A stretch of 32,000 bases of DNA from Nostoc sp. PCC 7120 = FACHB-418. Its GTDB lineage: Bacteria; Cyanobacteriota; Cyanobacteriia; Cyanobacteriales; Nostocaceae. The notes under the pieces are model-generated. The model saw nothing but the letters and a program-made list of their open reading frames with translations. It did no database searches and was not told the origin of the DNA. The translations under genes and the position numbers were made by a program. The DNA lies in NCBI RefSeq assembly GCF_000009705.1, contig NC_003276.1, positions 60,001-92,000 on the forward strand, written 5' to 3'. This document shows, piece by piece, positions 1-8,571 of this stretch (the stretch's first letter is position 1; each line of letters starts with the position of its first letter).

Positions 1-1700
1 ATAGTAATTCGTTCAGTTTGAATATTGATATTTCCAGCATTCCCTACATTAGAAATACCTAGCCCCATTAGTGAAGTTGTGGAGATATAAGATTGATTTA
101 GAAAAATGTCGCGCGCATTAATATTTAGATTAGAGCCATTTCCACTACCAGAACTACCAGATGTTATAATAGAATTATTATCAAGATTCAAGCGGTTGGT
201 AATAATAGATAAATTACCTGCATTACCTTCTCCAGAAGTATCTGAGGTTATAGAAGAATTGTTATCAAGACTCAAGCGGTTGGTAATAATAGATAAATTA
301 CCTGCATTACCTTCTCCAATAGTCCTTGCAGTAATACTTGATTCATTTAAACTAATGTAATCGGTAGCTTGAATCTTAATTTCTCCAGAATTACCTACAA
401 ATAAATTATTAGGATTTGTCAAAACACCATCTGCAAGTAACAAATTTCGTATGCTGACACTATTTATGAAAGAACCATCTGCGAGTGACAGATTGCGCGC
501 TTGAATATTAATGCCACCATCGCTGAAAATCAAACTGCTCGGAAAATCTGCATTTTTTCCAGAAAGAGCAATTGTATCATCAACTATAACATTAATAATT
601 CCTGAATTACCTTGTTGGCTATTTATAATTAGCCAACCACTGTTAATAAGTTTTAGTGATTGACCAACAATATTGATATTTCCACTATTCCCCAAGCCTA
701 AAGAAACATTGCCAATAAAACTACTTTCGGCAATAGTAACTATTCCAGTAGCATTAATAGAAATATCACTAGTTTTAGTCTCAGGATTACCTTGATTAGA
801 AATTAAAAATGTTTGCAAACTGCTAAAATTTAATAAATTGAAGTTATGAGCATGAAATACAATATCATCACCTTCCGTACCGAGAACAAAAGTAGCAACA
901 TTAGAATTATTAATTAATGAAATATCTGTTCTAGCCACACCATTAGGAAATGCCAAGCTCAAATTATCATCATTAACCTGAAGCCCGACGCTGCCAGGTG
1001 CAGTTAATCCACCAATTTCGACCCTACCACCTAATGCTTCAATGATTCCACCATCCATCAAAATTTGCCCACTAGCGTCAGGTGTAGGTGCAACATTACC
1101 TCCAAGTAGTATTAAACTTTTATTATCGGAAACTTGTAAAGAACCACGGTTTTCAATTGAGTTTGCGCCTTGATTAGCAATTTGATTAAATAAAAATGCT
1201 GTAGGATTGACACTCAACAAGGTATTACCTGATGGTACTGATGAAGTTAAAGAAAACTCAGCACCACCAGGAAATTGAATTGCATTGGCTGTAGTCGCTA
1301 CAAAAGAACCCCCAACATTTAATTGAGCGTTTCTTCCAAAAATAATGCCATTTGGATTCATTAAAAATAAATTAGTAGTACCTTGAGCGTAAATCAATCC
1401 TTGAATATCAGAAGGTGTACCACCAGTTACTCGTGCAAAGATATTAGTCAGATTGGGGTCATTTAAAAAAATTGCTGCACCACCGTTAGGAATGTTGAAA
1501 CTACCAAAACTATGGAATAGGTTGGTATTGCCAACTGTTGTACCACCTTGAATTACAGAATATAAACCAATATCTGTAACTTGTGTTCCTAGTGTTTGGT
1601 CGGCTGTGACTTGCGCCAAGGCTTTGAGGTTTGTTGTGCAAGTTAAGCCCAGGAATAGTCCTAAGCGCCACCACCACTGGAAATAAAATTGATTAATCAT
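1..1700 (-). CDS. Filamentous-haemagglutinin-type (two-partner-secretion TpsA-like) exoprotein, N-terminal part. The ORF runs off the left edge of the window, so the C-terminus is missing.
   Basis: Absent from the supplied ORF track because it is edge-truncated. The reverse complement from ATG (1700-1698) is open to position 1. It starts MINQFYFQWWWRLGLFLGLTCTTNLKALAQVTADQTLGT (signal-peptide-like). TPS/haemagglutination-activity-domain hallmarks follow: FARVTGGTPSDIQGLIYAQGTTNLFLMNPNGIIFGRNAQLNVGGSFVATT. Then come G/N/I/S-rich beta-helix-type repeats. Confidence 0.85.
   Translation of the reverse strand, partial: MINQFYFQWWWRLGLFLGLTCTTNLKALAQVTADQTLGTQVTDIGLYSVIQGGTTVGNTNLFHSFGSFNIPNGGAAIFLNDPNLTNIFARVTGGTPSDIQGLIYAQGTTNLFLMNPNGIIFGRNAQLNVGGSFVATTANAIQFPGGAEFSLTSSVPSGNTLLSVNPTAFLFNQIANQGANSIENRGSLQVSDNKSLILLGGNVAPTPDASGQILMDGGIIEALGGRVEIGGLTAPGSVGLQVNDDNLSLAFPNGVARTDISLINNSNVATFVLGTEGDDIVFHAHNFNLLNFSSLQTFLISNQGNPETKTSDISINATGIVTIAESSFIGNVSLGLGNSGNINIVGQSLKLINSGWLIINSQQGNSGIINVIVDDTIALSGKNADFPSSLIFSDGGINIQARNLSLADGSFINSVSIRNLLLADGVLTNPNNLFVGNSGEIKIQATDYISLNESSITARTIGEGNAGNLSIITNRLSLDNNSSITSDTSGEGNAGNLSIITNRLNLDNNSIITSGSSGSGNGSNLNINARDIFLNQSYISTTSLMGLGISNVGNAGNINIQTERIT
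150..317 (-). repeat. Near-perfect 84-bp (28-codon) tandem duplication inside the FHA-like gene
   Basis: caagcggttggtaataatagataaattacctgcattaccttctcc occurs at 189-233 and again exactly 84 nt later at 273-317. It encodes GEGNAGNLSIITNRL(S/N)LDNNS twice. Confidence 0.8.
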
Positions 1701-1924
1701 TGGCTTTTCCTTGCTTCCCCCGATGGGTACATATGTTAGCTGTAGCACCTGCTATTCACTTTGAAGCCTGGGGGCATAAATTGCAACTCCGCATAACTTG
1801 ATAGAAATTGCAATACAGTTTTATCCACTTTTACATACATCATTGTGCTGATATAGATGCTAAAACCTGCATCTAACCTTTCATAAAAGCTGAAGGACTA
1901 AGAGATTATTTATAAAGTAAATCT

Positions 1925-2018
1925 TTAGGAGACAAGACGACGTAGCATAATTCTAGCCATAACAGCATATATAGCCGCTTCGGTCATTTCTGTTAAACGC
2001 TCATAATCCTTGCTTATG
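1925..2018 (-). pseudogene. C-terminal remnant of an IS5-family-type transposase
   Basis: The minus-strand translation DISKDYERLTEMTEAAIYAVMARIMLRRLVS* matches the conserved ...SKDYE..E.SEA.IY.AM.R.MLRRL C-terminal signature of IS5/IS1031-group transposases as I recall it. The reading frame is closed by stops immediately upstream (about 2018), where an 82-bp repeat copy begins. Confidence 0.5.
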
Positions 2019-2100
2019 TCAATTTTAAGGAATTAATGTCTTGCTGTGACCGAGGACAAAAAGCTTATATATCAAGGAGTTTACGCTTTTTGCTGCTCTT
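2017..2100. repeat. Copy 1 of an approximately 82-bp dispersed direct repeat
   Basis: tgtcaattttaaggaattaatgtc...aaaaagcttatatatcaaggag...cgct...ctctt aligns with 2909-2990 (tgtcaatttttaggaattaatgtc...aaaaagcttatatatcaaagag...cgct...ctctt). Confidence 0.65.
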
Positions 2101-2526
2101 ATATTTTAGGAATAATTTTAAATAATTAAATGCCTTTTCTCTAAAAACTAACCAGATAGAACTTAAATAATTAGATGCCTTTTTTTTGAAAGTTTCAATA
2201 GACTATTGACTTTTAGGCTTATCTTACGGGGAGATCAGCTATGCTTTTGCGTTACGCCATCGCTCTAGTATGAATGAGCCTAATCTAAATTATGGTTAAA
2301 ACGTTTGCTAGGGGAGCATTTTACGATTTAACTGAAAAATTCTGGTAGATAATGAGGCTCGTTTTTATAAGTGAAGGGGACAGTAATTATTTAAAACTAG
2401 AATTTGAGGAGCTAGAGCATAAATTTAATTGCACAAGACCCAAAAAACCGAGTGATTTGACAGTAATTGTTGAAAACTGGCTAATAATTCTGCCACAGTG
2501 ATGACTTAAATGCCTCTAGTTTTGTT

Positions 2527-2559
2527 TTACCTAGACATTACCTAGATATTACCTTGACA
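2527..2559 (+). repeat. Three head-to-tail 11-bp repeats (iteron-like/operator-like)
   Basis: TTACCTAGACA TTACCTAGATA TTACCTTGACA are in perfect 11-bp phase. Further copies of TACCTAGA lie at 2617-2626 (inverted), 2841-2851 (tgacctagaca) and 2863-2873 (ttacctagatg). Confidence 0.5.
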
Positions 2560-2908
2560 CAAAATTTGGTTAACTAATTTAGTCTAAAAATATACAATAT
2601 TTTAAATCAAAAGTGCATCTAGGTAAAATTAGCTTAAAAGCTTATTTAAAAACAAAATTACTTACCCATACAATACCTATATACCACAAAGAAAAAATAT
2701 TCTACTGGCTCAATTCATACATCAAGCCGAGTAAAGCAAACCTTCAAGCGATAAAATATTAATTCTGTCGCGCTCACCAGAATGTAGCCAAAAAGTGCCA
2801 CTGTTTTTTAGCCGGAGATGAGCATGGTTGCAGTCGTAACTGACCTAGACAATCAGTGAACGTTACCTAGATGCAACCTGAAGCAAGGGTGTCTCTTAAA
2901 GAATTATT

Positions 2909-2990
2909 TGTCAATTTTTAGGAATTAATGTCAGGTTGTATTAGAGGCAAAAAGCTTATATATCAAAGAGAATACGCTTGAGAGCCTCTT
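2909..2990. repeat. Copy 2 of the approximately 82-bp dispersed direct repeat
   Basis: See 2017-2100. The two copies are in the same orientation and flank about 810 bp of AT-rich non-coding DNA. Confidence 0.65.
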
Positions 2991-3088
2991 TTCTAATGAT
3001 TCTGTCAATGGGCGTAACAGTTGAGGTAGAGGTAATAGTAGCGAGTTTTGATTAGCCTAGAGGCACTAAAGTAATCAAGAGATTCTCA

Positions 3089-3775
3089 ATGGCTTATCAA
3101 GGCGTGATTTTGGACGTAGATGGTACATTAGTTATCAGTAATGATGCTCATGCTCAAGCGTGGGTAGAAGCATTTGCAGAATTTGGTTATGAAGTCAAGT
3201 TTGAGCAAGTCCGTCCACTGATTGGTATGGGAGGCGACCAAATTATTCCTCAGTTTGCGCCGGGGTTGTCTGATGAACAAGGAAAAGGAAAGGAAATTGC
3301 TGATCAACGCAAACAACTAATTATCAATAAGTTTGCCAAAAATTTGGCTCCTACCAATGGTACGCGGCAATTAATATTGAAGATGCAGTCTCTAGGTTTG
3401 CATCTGATCATTGCCAGTTCAGCTTCAAGTCAAGAATTGTCAGTTTTGTTAAAAGCTGCACAAGTCGAAGACCTACTCAGCCAGGATGAAGCAACCACAT
3501 CCAGCGATGCCGAAGCTTCTAAACCTGCTCCTGATATTGTTGAGGTGGCTTTGAACAGGTTGAATATTGAACCATCTGAGGTTGTGATGCTGGGTGATAC
3601 TCCCTACGATATTACTTCGGCAAATCAAGCAGGGATTAAGGTGATTGCTCTTCGTTGCGGTGGTTTTGATGATAGCCAACTCAAGGATGCGATCGCCATT
3701 TATGATGATCCGGCAGATTTGTTAACACAATATCAGCACTCACCTTTAGCAACCGAAGCCATGACAAAGGCATAA
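3089..3775 (+). CDS. HAD-superfamily hydrolase (subfamily IA-like phosphatase)
   Basis: Motif I is ILDVDGTLV (DxDGT). Motif II is IASSAS. Motif III/IV is K...MLGDTPYDI. The length of 228 aa is typical. Confidence 0.9.
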   Translation: MAYQGVILDVDGTLVISNDAHAQAWVEAFAEFGYEVKFEQVRPLIGMGGDQIIPQFAPGLSDEQGKGKEIADQRKQLIINKFAKNLAPTNGTRQLILKMQSLGLHLIIASSASSQELSVLLKAAQVEDLLSQDEATTSSDAEASKPAPDIVEVALNRLNIEPSEVVMLGDTPYDITSANQAGIKVIALRCGGFDDSQLKDAIAIYDDPADLLTQYQHSPLATEAMTKA

Positions 3776-3797
3776 TACTTTAAAAGTTGGTCAAGTA

Positions 3798-4109
3798 TCG
3801 GTTCGCGGACTAATTGAAAAATTTTCAACGTAGTTATAGGGTTTCTAGCTCCTCTTGTCGCAGACAAAGTGAAAATTTGTCGCGGAGTAGATGAAAAATT
3901 CCTACCAAATTCGCGGACTAATTGAAATTTTCCGCCCAATGGGAATAAAAGGGCGCAACTCATTCCAGTATAAGGCTTTGGAGCAATAATTCTGTAAGTA
4001 GCGATGCCTGCGGCGGGCGTAGCCATCGCCGTGTACTACGAGAGAATAAGGGTTACACCAGGTCATTTTCAATTAGTCTGCGACAATTTTCATCTTTTCC
4101 GCGAACCGA
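3798..4109. mobile_element. MITE-like non-autonomous element (about 312 bp) with perfect 12-bp terminal inverted repeats
   Basis: TCGGTTCGCGGA at 3798-3809 has its exact reverse complement TCCGCGAACCGA at 4098-4109. Internal copies of cgcggactaattgaaa lie at 3804-3819 and 3912-3927, with an inverted copy at 4067-4082. A central GC hairpin gcgatg..catcgc lies at 4001-4029. No convincing ORF is present. Confidence 0.5.
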
Positions 4110-4255
4110 CAACAGTCACAGAAAATAGCTGTTGTGAAAAATCTTGTATTTTAATCGTAGTTTTCATCGTATAAAAGATAAGGGTCACTTATTTTTTATT
4201 GTAGTCTTGTATTACAACGTAATCTAACTCATAATGTGAGCAAACAGCTAATTTC

Positions 4256-4642
4256 ATGGTTAAGGACGTGGCACAATTAACGATTCAAATACCGGATGAA
4301 CTAGCGCAACGTTTAGAACCTTTGCAAAGTCGCTTGCCCGAATTACTTTGGCTATTGTTAGATATAGGTGGAGAACAAAACAAAGAGCAGCCTAAACTAA
4401 ATACACAGACTCTAGAGATTCCCGAAGTTTATCAAGAAGTATTGGATTTTTTGATTAAACGTCCAACGCCAGAAGAAATTATTAGTTTTAAAGTCTCAGC
4501 AAGAGCGCAAATACATTTACAAGAGTTATTAGAGAAAAACCGCAGTGGGTCATTGAGTCAAATGGAACTAGCTCAATTAGATGTTTATGAACAACTAGAA
4601 CATCTAATGATTTTGCTAAAGGCGCGTGCTATGGAAAAATAA
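4256..4642 (+). CDS. Hypothetical small helical protein, upstream partner of the HNH gene
   Basis: 128-aa ORF that ends 12 nt before the HNH gene start. No catalytic motif was recognised. Confidence 0.6.
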   Translation: MVKDVAQLTIQIPDELAQRLEPLQSRLPELLWLLLDIGGEQNKEQPKLNTQTLEIPEVYQEVLDFLIKRPTPEEIISFKVSARAQIHLQELLEKNRSGSLSQMELAQLDVYEQLEHLMILLKARAMEK

Positions 4643-4654
4643 AAAATAAATAAA

Positions 4655-5068
4655 ATGGGCAGTACTTCAATTTCCACAGAACTTCGCAAACTGGTAATCA
4701 GTAGAGCATCAGAGCGGTGTGAATATTGTTTAATTCATCAAGATTTTTCAATTTATACCCATGAAGTGGATCATATTATTGCAGTGAAACATGGGGGCGA
4801 AACTGTAAAAGATAATTTAGCTCTTTCATGTTTAACGTGCAACCGTCATAAAGGTTCTGATTTTGCGACAATTGACTCAACGACAGGAGAAATAGTGCCG
4901 TTGTATAATCCTCGTCGTCAAATTTGGGAGGAACATTTTTATTTTGAGGGTGTAAGGATAGAGGGAAAATCTCAAGTAGGTCAAGCAACAACAAGGTTAC
5001 TTCAGTTTAATCTCGCTAATAGATTACTACAACGACAAGTATTGATGAGTCAGGGAAAATATCCTTGA
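4655..5068 (+). CDS. HNH endonuclease
   Basis: CEYC...HEVDHIIAVKHGGETVKDNLALSCLTCNRHKG contains the CxxC...CxxC zinc-binding residues and the H-N-H residues. Confidence 0.85.
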   Translation: MGSTSISTELRKLVISRASERCEYCLIHQDFSIYTHEVDHIIAVKHGGETVKDNLALSCLTCNRHKGSDFATIDSTTGEIVPLYNPRRQIWEEHFYFEGVRIEGKSQVGQATTRLLQFNLANRLLQRQVLMSQGKYP

Positions 5069-5164
5069 GCATCTGCTTACTTAATGGTTTAAGGAAAAGT
5101 AATTTTATGATAACTAATCTAGGTTTTGGAGAAAAATACAGTAATCAAAAAGGAAATATAAATA

Positions 5165-6193
5165 ATGAATTATAATGCAGATTCTTTACCACCTATTAAA
5201 CTGATATCGCTGGAAGATAAAGTATTACCGTTAGCTATTCAAAAATCTAAAAGTAGATCAGCAAAAATAGCTGCACCCACAGATATACGTTGGATCAAGG
5301 TACTGGAGTTCCTCCGCAGCACCAACCTCGCACCTAATAGCCGAAAATTATACGAACGCGAACTAAAGCGATTTTTGGGATGGACGCAACTGCACTATCA
5401 CGAACTACGCCCACGTCACTTAGGATTATACAAGGAATATCTGAGGGATGAGGTAAAAACTGATTCAGGTAAACCCCTGTCAAAAGCGAGTATTAATGCT
5501 GGGGTTGCCGCACTTAAAAGCTTTTTTAATTGGATGTGCTACACATATCCTGAAATAATTACTACTAATCCTACACTGGGGATAAAGCTAGAGAAAGTAC
5601 CACTGCCACCAGCCCAAAGCCTAACTGACGAGCAGATGGAGCGCGTTTGGTCAGCATTAGAATTGTTGGGAGAGACAAAAGAGCGCGATACAGCGCTTGT
5701 CCACATTCTCAGTCACGGACTACGCGCTGGGGAAATTGTACAGCTAAATGTTGGTTCCTTCGATGGCAAGCTGCTCTTCTTACCTGATACCAAAACGAAT
5801 GAACCGCGCTTAGTACCATTGCGGAAAGAAAGCCGTGACGTATTAGAGGCTTATTTGCGATCGCGGCAACAGCAGGGTGAAGAACTTAATAGCCTCACCC
5901 CGTTAATGATTTCACATCACGCTTCATACAAGGGAGATCGCTTGAGTTACCACGGGATATACTTCGCCGTCGAGAAAATAGGTGAGTTTGCAGGCATCGA
6001 AGATTTACACCCGCACCAATTTCGGCATACATACGCCACTGAACTATTACTGTTAGGTGTAGACCCCAGCCACGCCAGGAAACTGACTGGGCATCAAAGC
6101 GAGAAGGCGTTCCGGCGCTATACTTTGCGTAGTGAACAAGAGGCGGCGATCGCTGCTTATTATCGGGCGATAGGGGAAGTTGAAGCGGAGTAA
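5165..6193 (+). CDS. Tyrosine site-specific recombinase/integrase (XerC/D-like)
   Basis: An SAM-like N-terminal domain is followed by the catalytic signature LSHGLRAGEI (R), HPHQFRHTYAT (HxxR) and GHQSEKAFRRY (H...Y). Confidence 0.9.
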   Translation: MNYNADSLPPIKLISLEDKVLPLAIQKSKSRSAKIAAPTDIRWIKVLEFLRSTNLAPNSRKLYERELKRFLGWTQLHYHELRPRHLGLYKEYLRDEVKTDSGKPLSKASINAGVAALKSFFNWMCYTYPEIITTNPTLGIKLEKVPLPPAQSLTDEQMERVWSALELLGETKERDTALVHILSHGLRAGEIVQLNVGSFDGKLLFLPDTKTNEPRLVPLRKESRDVLEAYLRSRQQQGEELNSLTPLMISHHASYKGDRLSYHGIYFAVEKIGEFAGIEDLHPHQFRHTYATELLLLGVDPSHARKLTGHQSEKAFRRYTLRSEQEAAIAAYYRAIGEVEAE

Positions 6194-6196
6194 GCA

Positions 6197-6664
6197 ATGC
6201 CCAAGCCGTTAGACCCCAAATGCCAGTTATGTGCCAAACTACCCTCCGCTAAAGCTAAGGTGCTGCATGGGCGAGAAGGTGATAACTGCTGGAACCCGAA
6301 GGTGTGCCACAATCGCCGTTCGTTTTACCGTAACCGCAACAAAGATGATTCTCTTGGGATTGAGGCGATCGCTGTTGCACCACCAGAAACATATTTTGCC
6401 GTGCTGTACTTGTACAAGGAGCCAGGCGATAAACCCTTACACGCTTTAGGTGCAGAACTATGGCTGGGACAAAAGCCAATCTGCCGCCTAGAGCCGATTC
6501 ATTGTTTTGGACTGACGGCAGGTAAAATTAGAGCGTACACCGACAAAGTATTACAGGCTTTTGCTAAAGAATATAATGTCACGCTGTACCAATATAAAGA
6601 GATGTTCGAGATTGCACCGACTCACTGCCCAGTAAGACCCTGCCCGTTGCACCCTGAACCATGA
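6197..6664 (+). CDS. Hypothetical Cys-rich protein
   Basis: 155-aa ORF starting 4 nt after the integrase stop. It has an N-terminal CxxC...CWNPKVCH cluster. No homology was recognised. Confidence 0.55.
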   Translation: MPKPLDPKCQLCAKLPSAKAKVLHGREGDNCWNPKVCHNRRSFYRNRNKDDSLGIEAIAVAPPETYFAVLYLYKEPGDKPLHALGAELWLGQKPICRLEPIHCFGLTAGKIRAYTDKVLQAFAKEYNVTLYQYKEMFEIAPTHCPVRPCPLHPEP

Positions 6665-7335
6665 CCATTTATCGTCAGCTGACAATCTGGGACATTCTTG
6701 ATGAGGTATCCGAAGCCCCGCCCACCTCTTCACTCGCTGCGGTGTGGTCATGTTTAGATACGGAGTTAGAAACTTTATCAGTAGAAGCACAATTGGCGAT
6801 CGCCTCCACTGCATTCTCGCAAATCGCAGATATCCTTAAAACTCGCGCCCAATTATTGTTAGAAGATGTCCGCGCACAAACGGACACTGATGGGCCAGTC
6901 ATCAGCACAGATATCTTTGCTGGTTTGGTGAGAACAACCATGCAATTAGATTTAGATGACCTCATTGAAGAACCGCCACCGCAAAACTTTAGACCACATG
7001 GGACACATCAGTTTACTCATCCTGTAAAGAGTGGTGATTCAGTAGCCGCACCTGTGGAGAAAGAGAATGTGCTGGCAATGCTGGAGATTCAGACTGTGGA
7101 TGATGTCCATCGGCTGGCAGGTGATGAAGATGTAGATAAGTGGCGGGGGGCGATCGCTAATTGTTTAGTAAATGTGAAAGATGAAATAGCTCTAACGAAA
7201 TTGCAACGCAAGTTGAAAATGCCGATGGTCGAGGTATGGTTGGGATTATTGCTGGGTGGGTTTGCGCTACAGCAGCGTGGGGAATTTTACGAAAATGACA
7301 ATGTTTGGGTGAAAGCGGATTCTTCTAGAGTTTGA
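6661..7335 (+). CDS. Hypothetical acidic protein
   Basis: 224-aa ORF with an ATGA start/stop overlap with the preceding ORF, which suggests translational coupling. Confidence 0.55.
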   Translation: MTIYRQLTIWDILDEVSEAPPTSSLAAVWSCLDTELETLSVEAQLAIASTAFSQIADILKTRAQLLLEDVRAQTDTDGPVISTDIFAGLVRTTMQLDLDDLIEEPPPQNFRPHGTHQFTHPVKSGDSVAAPVEKENVLAMLEIQTVDDVHRLAGDEDVDKWRGAIANCLVNVKDEIALTKLQRKLKMPMVEVWLGLLLGGFALQQRGEFYENDNVWVKADSSRV

Positions 7336-7423
7336 CCCGCAGAAATGATATTGTCAAGGTAAGCGTAAAGGTAAATGTTTTACAAACTATCAGTGATAAG
7401 CTTTAGTTGACCTAGACTTAGAA

Positions 7424-8125
7424 ATGAGCAACACTGGCAAGGGGAAAAAACTAGCATCTTTTAACTGTGACCAGAGGATGTGGGAAAGGTTTATCCTTCG
7501 TTGCCAGTCTAAGGGAACAACAGCCACAGCGACACTTACCCATTTTATTGAGATGTACATAGATGGTTCCTTGGATAACCTTGATGCAGTTGCTGATCAT
7601 GATTTGAATAACAATGGGCTGGACTCCAGGATAAAAGAGATTGTTGCAGAATACTTACGCCAAAATTTAACTGACAATCTCAGTAGTGGTGATTCGGAAA
7701 CAATATTAGCTATTTCCTCTCGACTTGACGAGCTTGAATCTCAAATTGAGAACAAGTCCAGTAGCATTGAAACACCATATCATCCCCAACAGAATGAGTT
7801 GGAGCAAAAAATTGAATCAATGACTTCCCGTGTAGAACAGTTGACTGATGCGATTAGAAAAATTCAAACCTATCTGAACAATCAACCCAAGCAGCGGGGC
7901 AAATCATACAGTAGAAACTCGTATACTCAAGCTTCTACTCCGCGCATGAAACCGTTAACTCCAGAAGGTTTAGCCTCTCGTTTAGGTGTCAGTGTGGAAA
8001 CTTTGCGCGAACAGACGGCGAAGTTGCCACCACCGCTTTTCGTGGCATGGTGCAAGGGGAAAGATAGTTCGAGCATGGGGTGGGAATTTAACGAGGAAAC
8101 AGGTTTTTATCATGCGGCAACTTGA
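7424..8125 (+). CDS. Hypothetical protein with an RHH-like N-terminus and a central coiled coil
   Basis: KKLASFNCDQRMWERFILRCQSKGTTATATLTHFIEMYIDG fits a strand-helix-helix pattern. A heptad-rich middle region follows. Confidence 0.5.
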   Translation: MSNTGKGKKLASFNCDQRMWERFILRCQSKGTTATATLTHFIEMYIDGSLDNLDAVADHDLNNNGLDSRIKEIVAEYLRQNLTDNLSSGDSETILAISSRLDELESQIENKSSSIETPYHPQQNELEQKIESMTSRVEQLTDAIRKIQTYLNNQPKQRGKSYSRNSYTQASTPRMKPLTPEGLASRLGVSVETLREQTAKLPPPLFVAWCKGKDSSSMGWEFNEETGFYHAAT

Positions 8126-8238
8126 ACCCCAGTAGAAATTGGGGAGTAGGGAGTAGCGTTCGCAGCACCATCATTGCATCATCCCCACCCAGTTTCTCCA
8201 ACTTGACTGTTGCGCCCCCTAACTAGCAAGACCATCCT

Positions 8239-8550
8239 TCACAAATCAAAATCGAGAGTAAATGTATCATCATCAGGTTTTTCTAATGTTTGAGGTATAA
8301 CGGTCGCTGGTTCTGGCTCTTGCGCTTGTTGTTGGTTTTGGTTGATAGTTACCGGGGGTGGAACTGGTGTATGTACCCCTCCTAGTTGCAGAGGAAATGC
8401 ACCTTTCTTGAAGGCGAAATAGCAATCAATTATAAAGTACAGCGTTTCCAGGTAACTTTTATCTAGGTTTTGCGATTCTAGAAATATACGTTTGCGGTAG
8501 CTGTCTCGGATGCGAACTCTCTCTGGGGTGTTGTCGTGTTCGTTTTTCAT
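8239..8550 (-). CDS. Small protein downstream of parM; possible ParR-type RHH centromere-binding adaptor
   Basis: 103 aa, 21 nt downstream of the ParM-like gene on the same strand. The N-terminus ERVRIRDSYRKRIFLESQNLDKSYLETLYFIIDCYF is RHH-like. The function is inferred from position only. Confidence 0.4.
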   Translation of the reverse strand: MKNEHDNTPERVRIRDSYRKRIFLESQNLDKSYLETLYFIIDCYFAFKKGAFPLQLGGVHTPVPPPVTINQNQQQAQEPEPATVIPQTLEKPDDDTFTLDFDL

Positions 8551-8571
8551 TTTTTCTCCTGACCTGGCTTC

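Noticed and set aside
150-317. Possible CRISPR-like or tandem repeat array
   Set aside because: Only two units are present, with no spacers. They lie in-frame inside a repeat-protein gene.
106-360. 84-aa plus-strand ORF with an internal repeat (LSRFKRLVIIDKLPALPSP twice)
   Set aside because: It is the antisense shadow of the 84-bp coding duplication in the minus-strand FHA-like gene, which has clear domain motifs.
2352-2501. 49-codon ORF (MRLVFISEGDSNYLKLEFEELEHKFNCTRPKKPSDLTVIVENWLIILPQ) in the gene-free region
   Set aside because: It is short and has no recognisable motif or ribosome-binding site. It could be a gene fragment, but this cannot be supported from the sequence alone.
3733-4026. 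97-aa minus-strand ORF
   Set aside because: It lies almost wholly inside the MITE-like repeat and overlaps the 3' end of the HAD gene. It has low-complexity content and no motif.
8126-8238. ccccagt / ggggagtagggagta heptamer-like repeats between convergent genes
   Set aside because: They look like ordinary Nostoc STRR-type short repeats and too few units are present to call a feature. They may act as a bidirectional terminator, but no clean hairpin plus T-tract is present.
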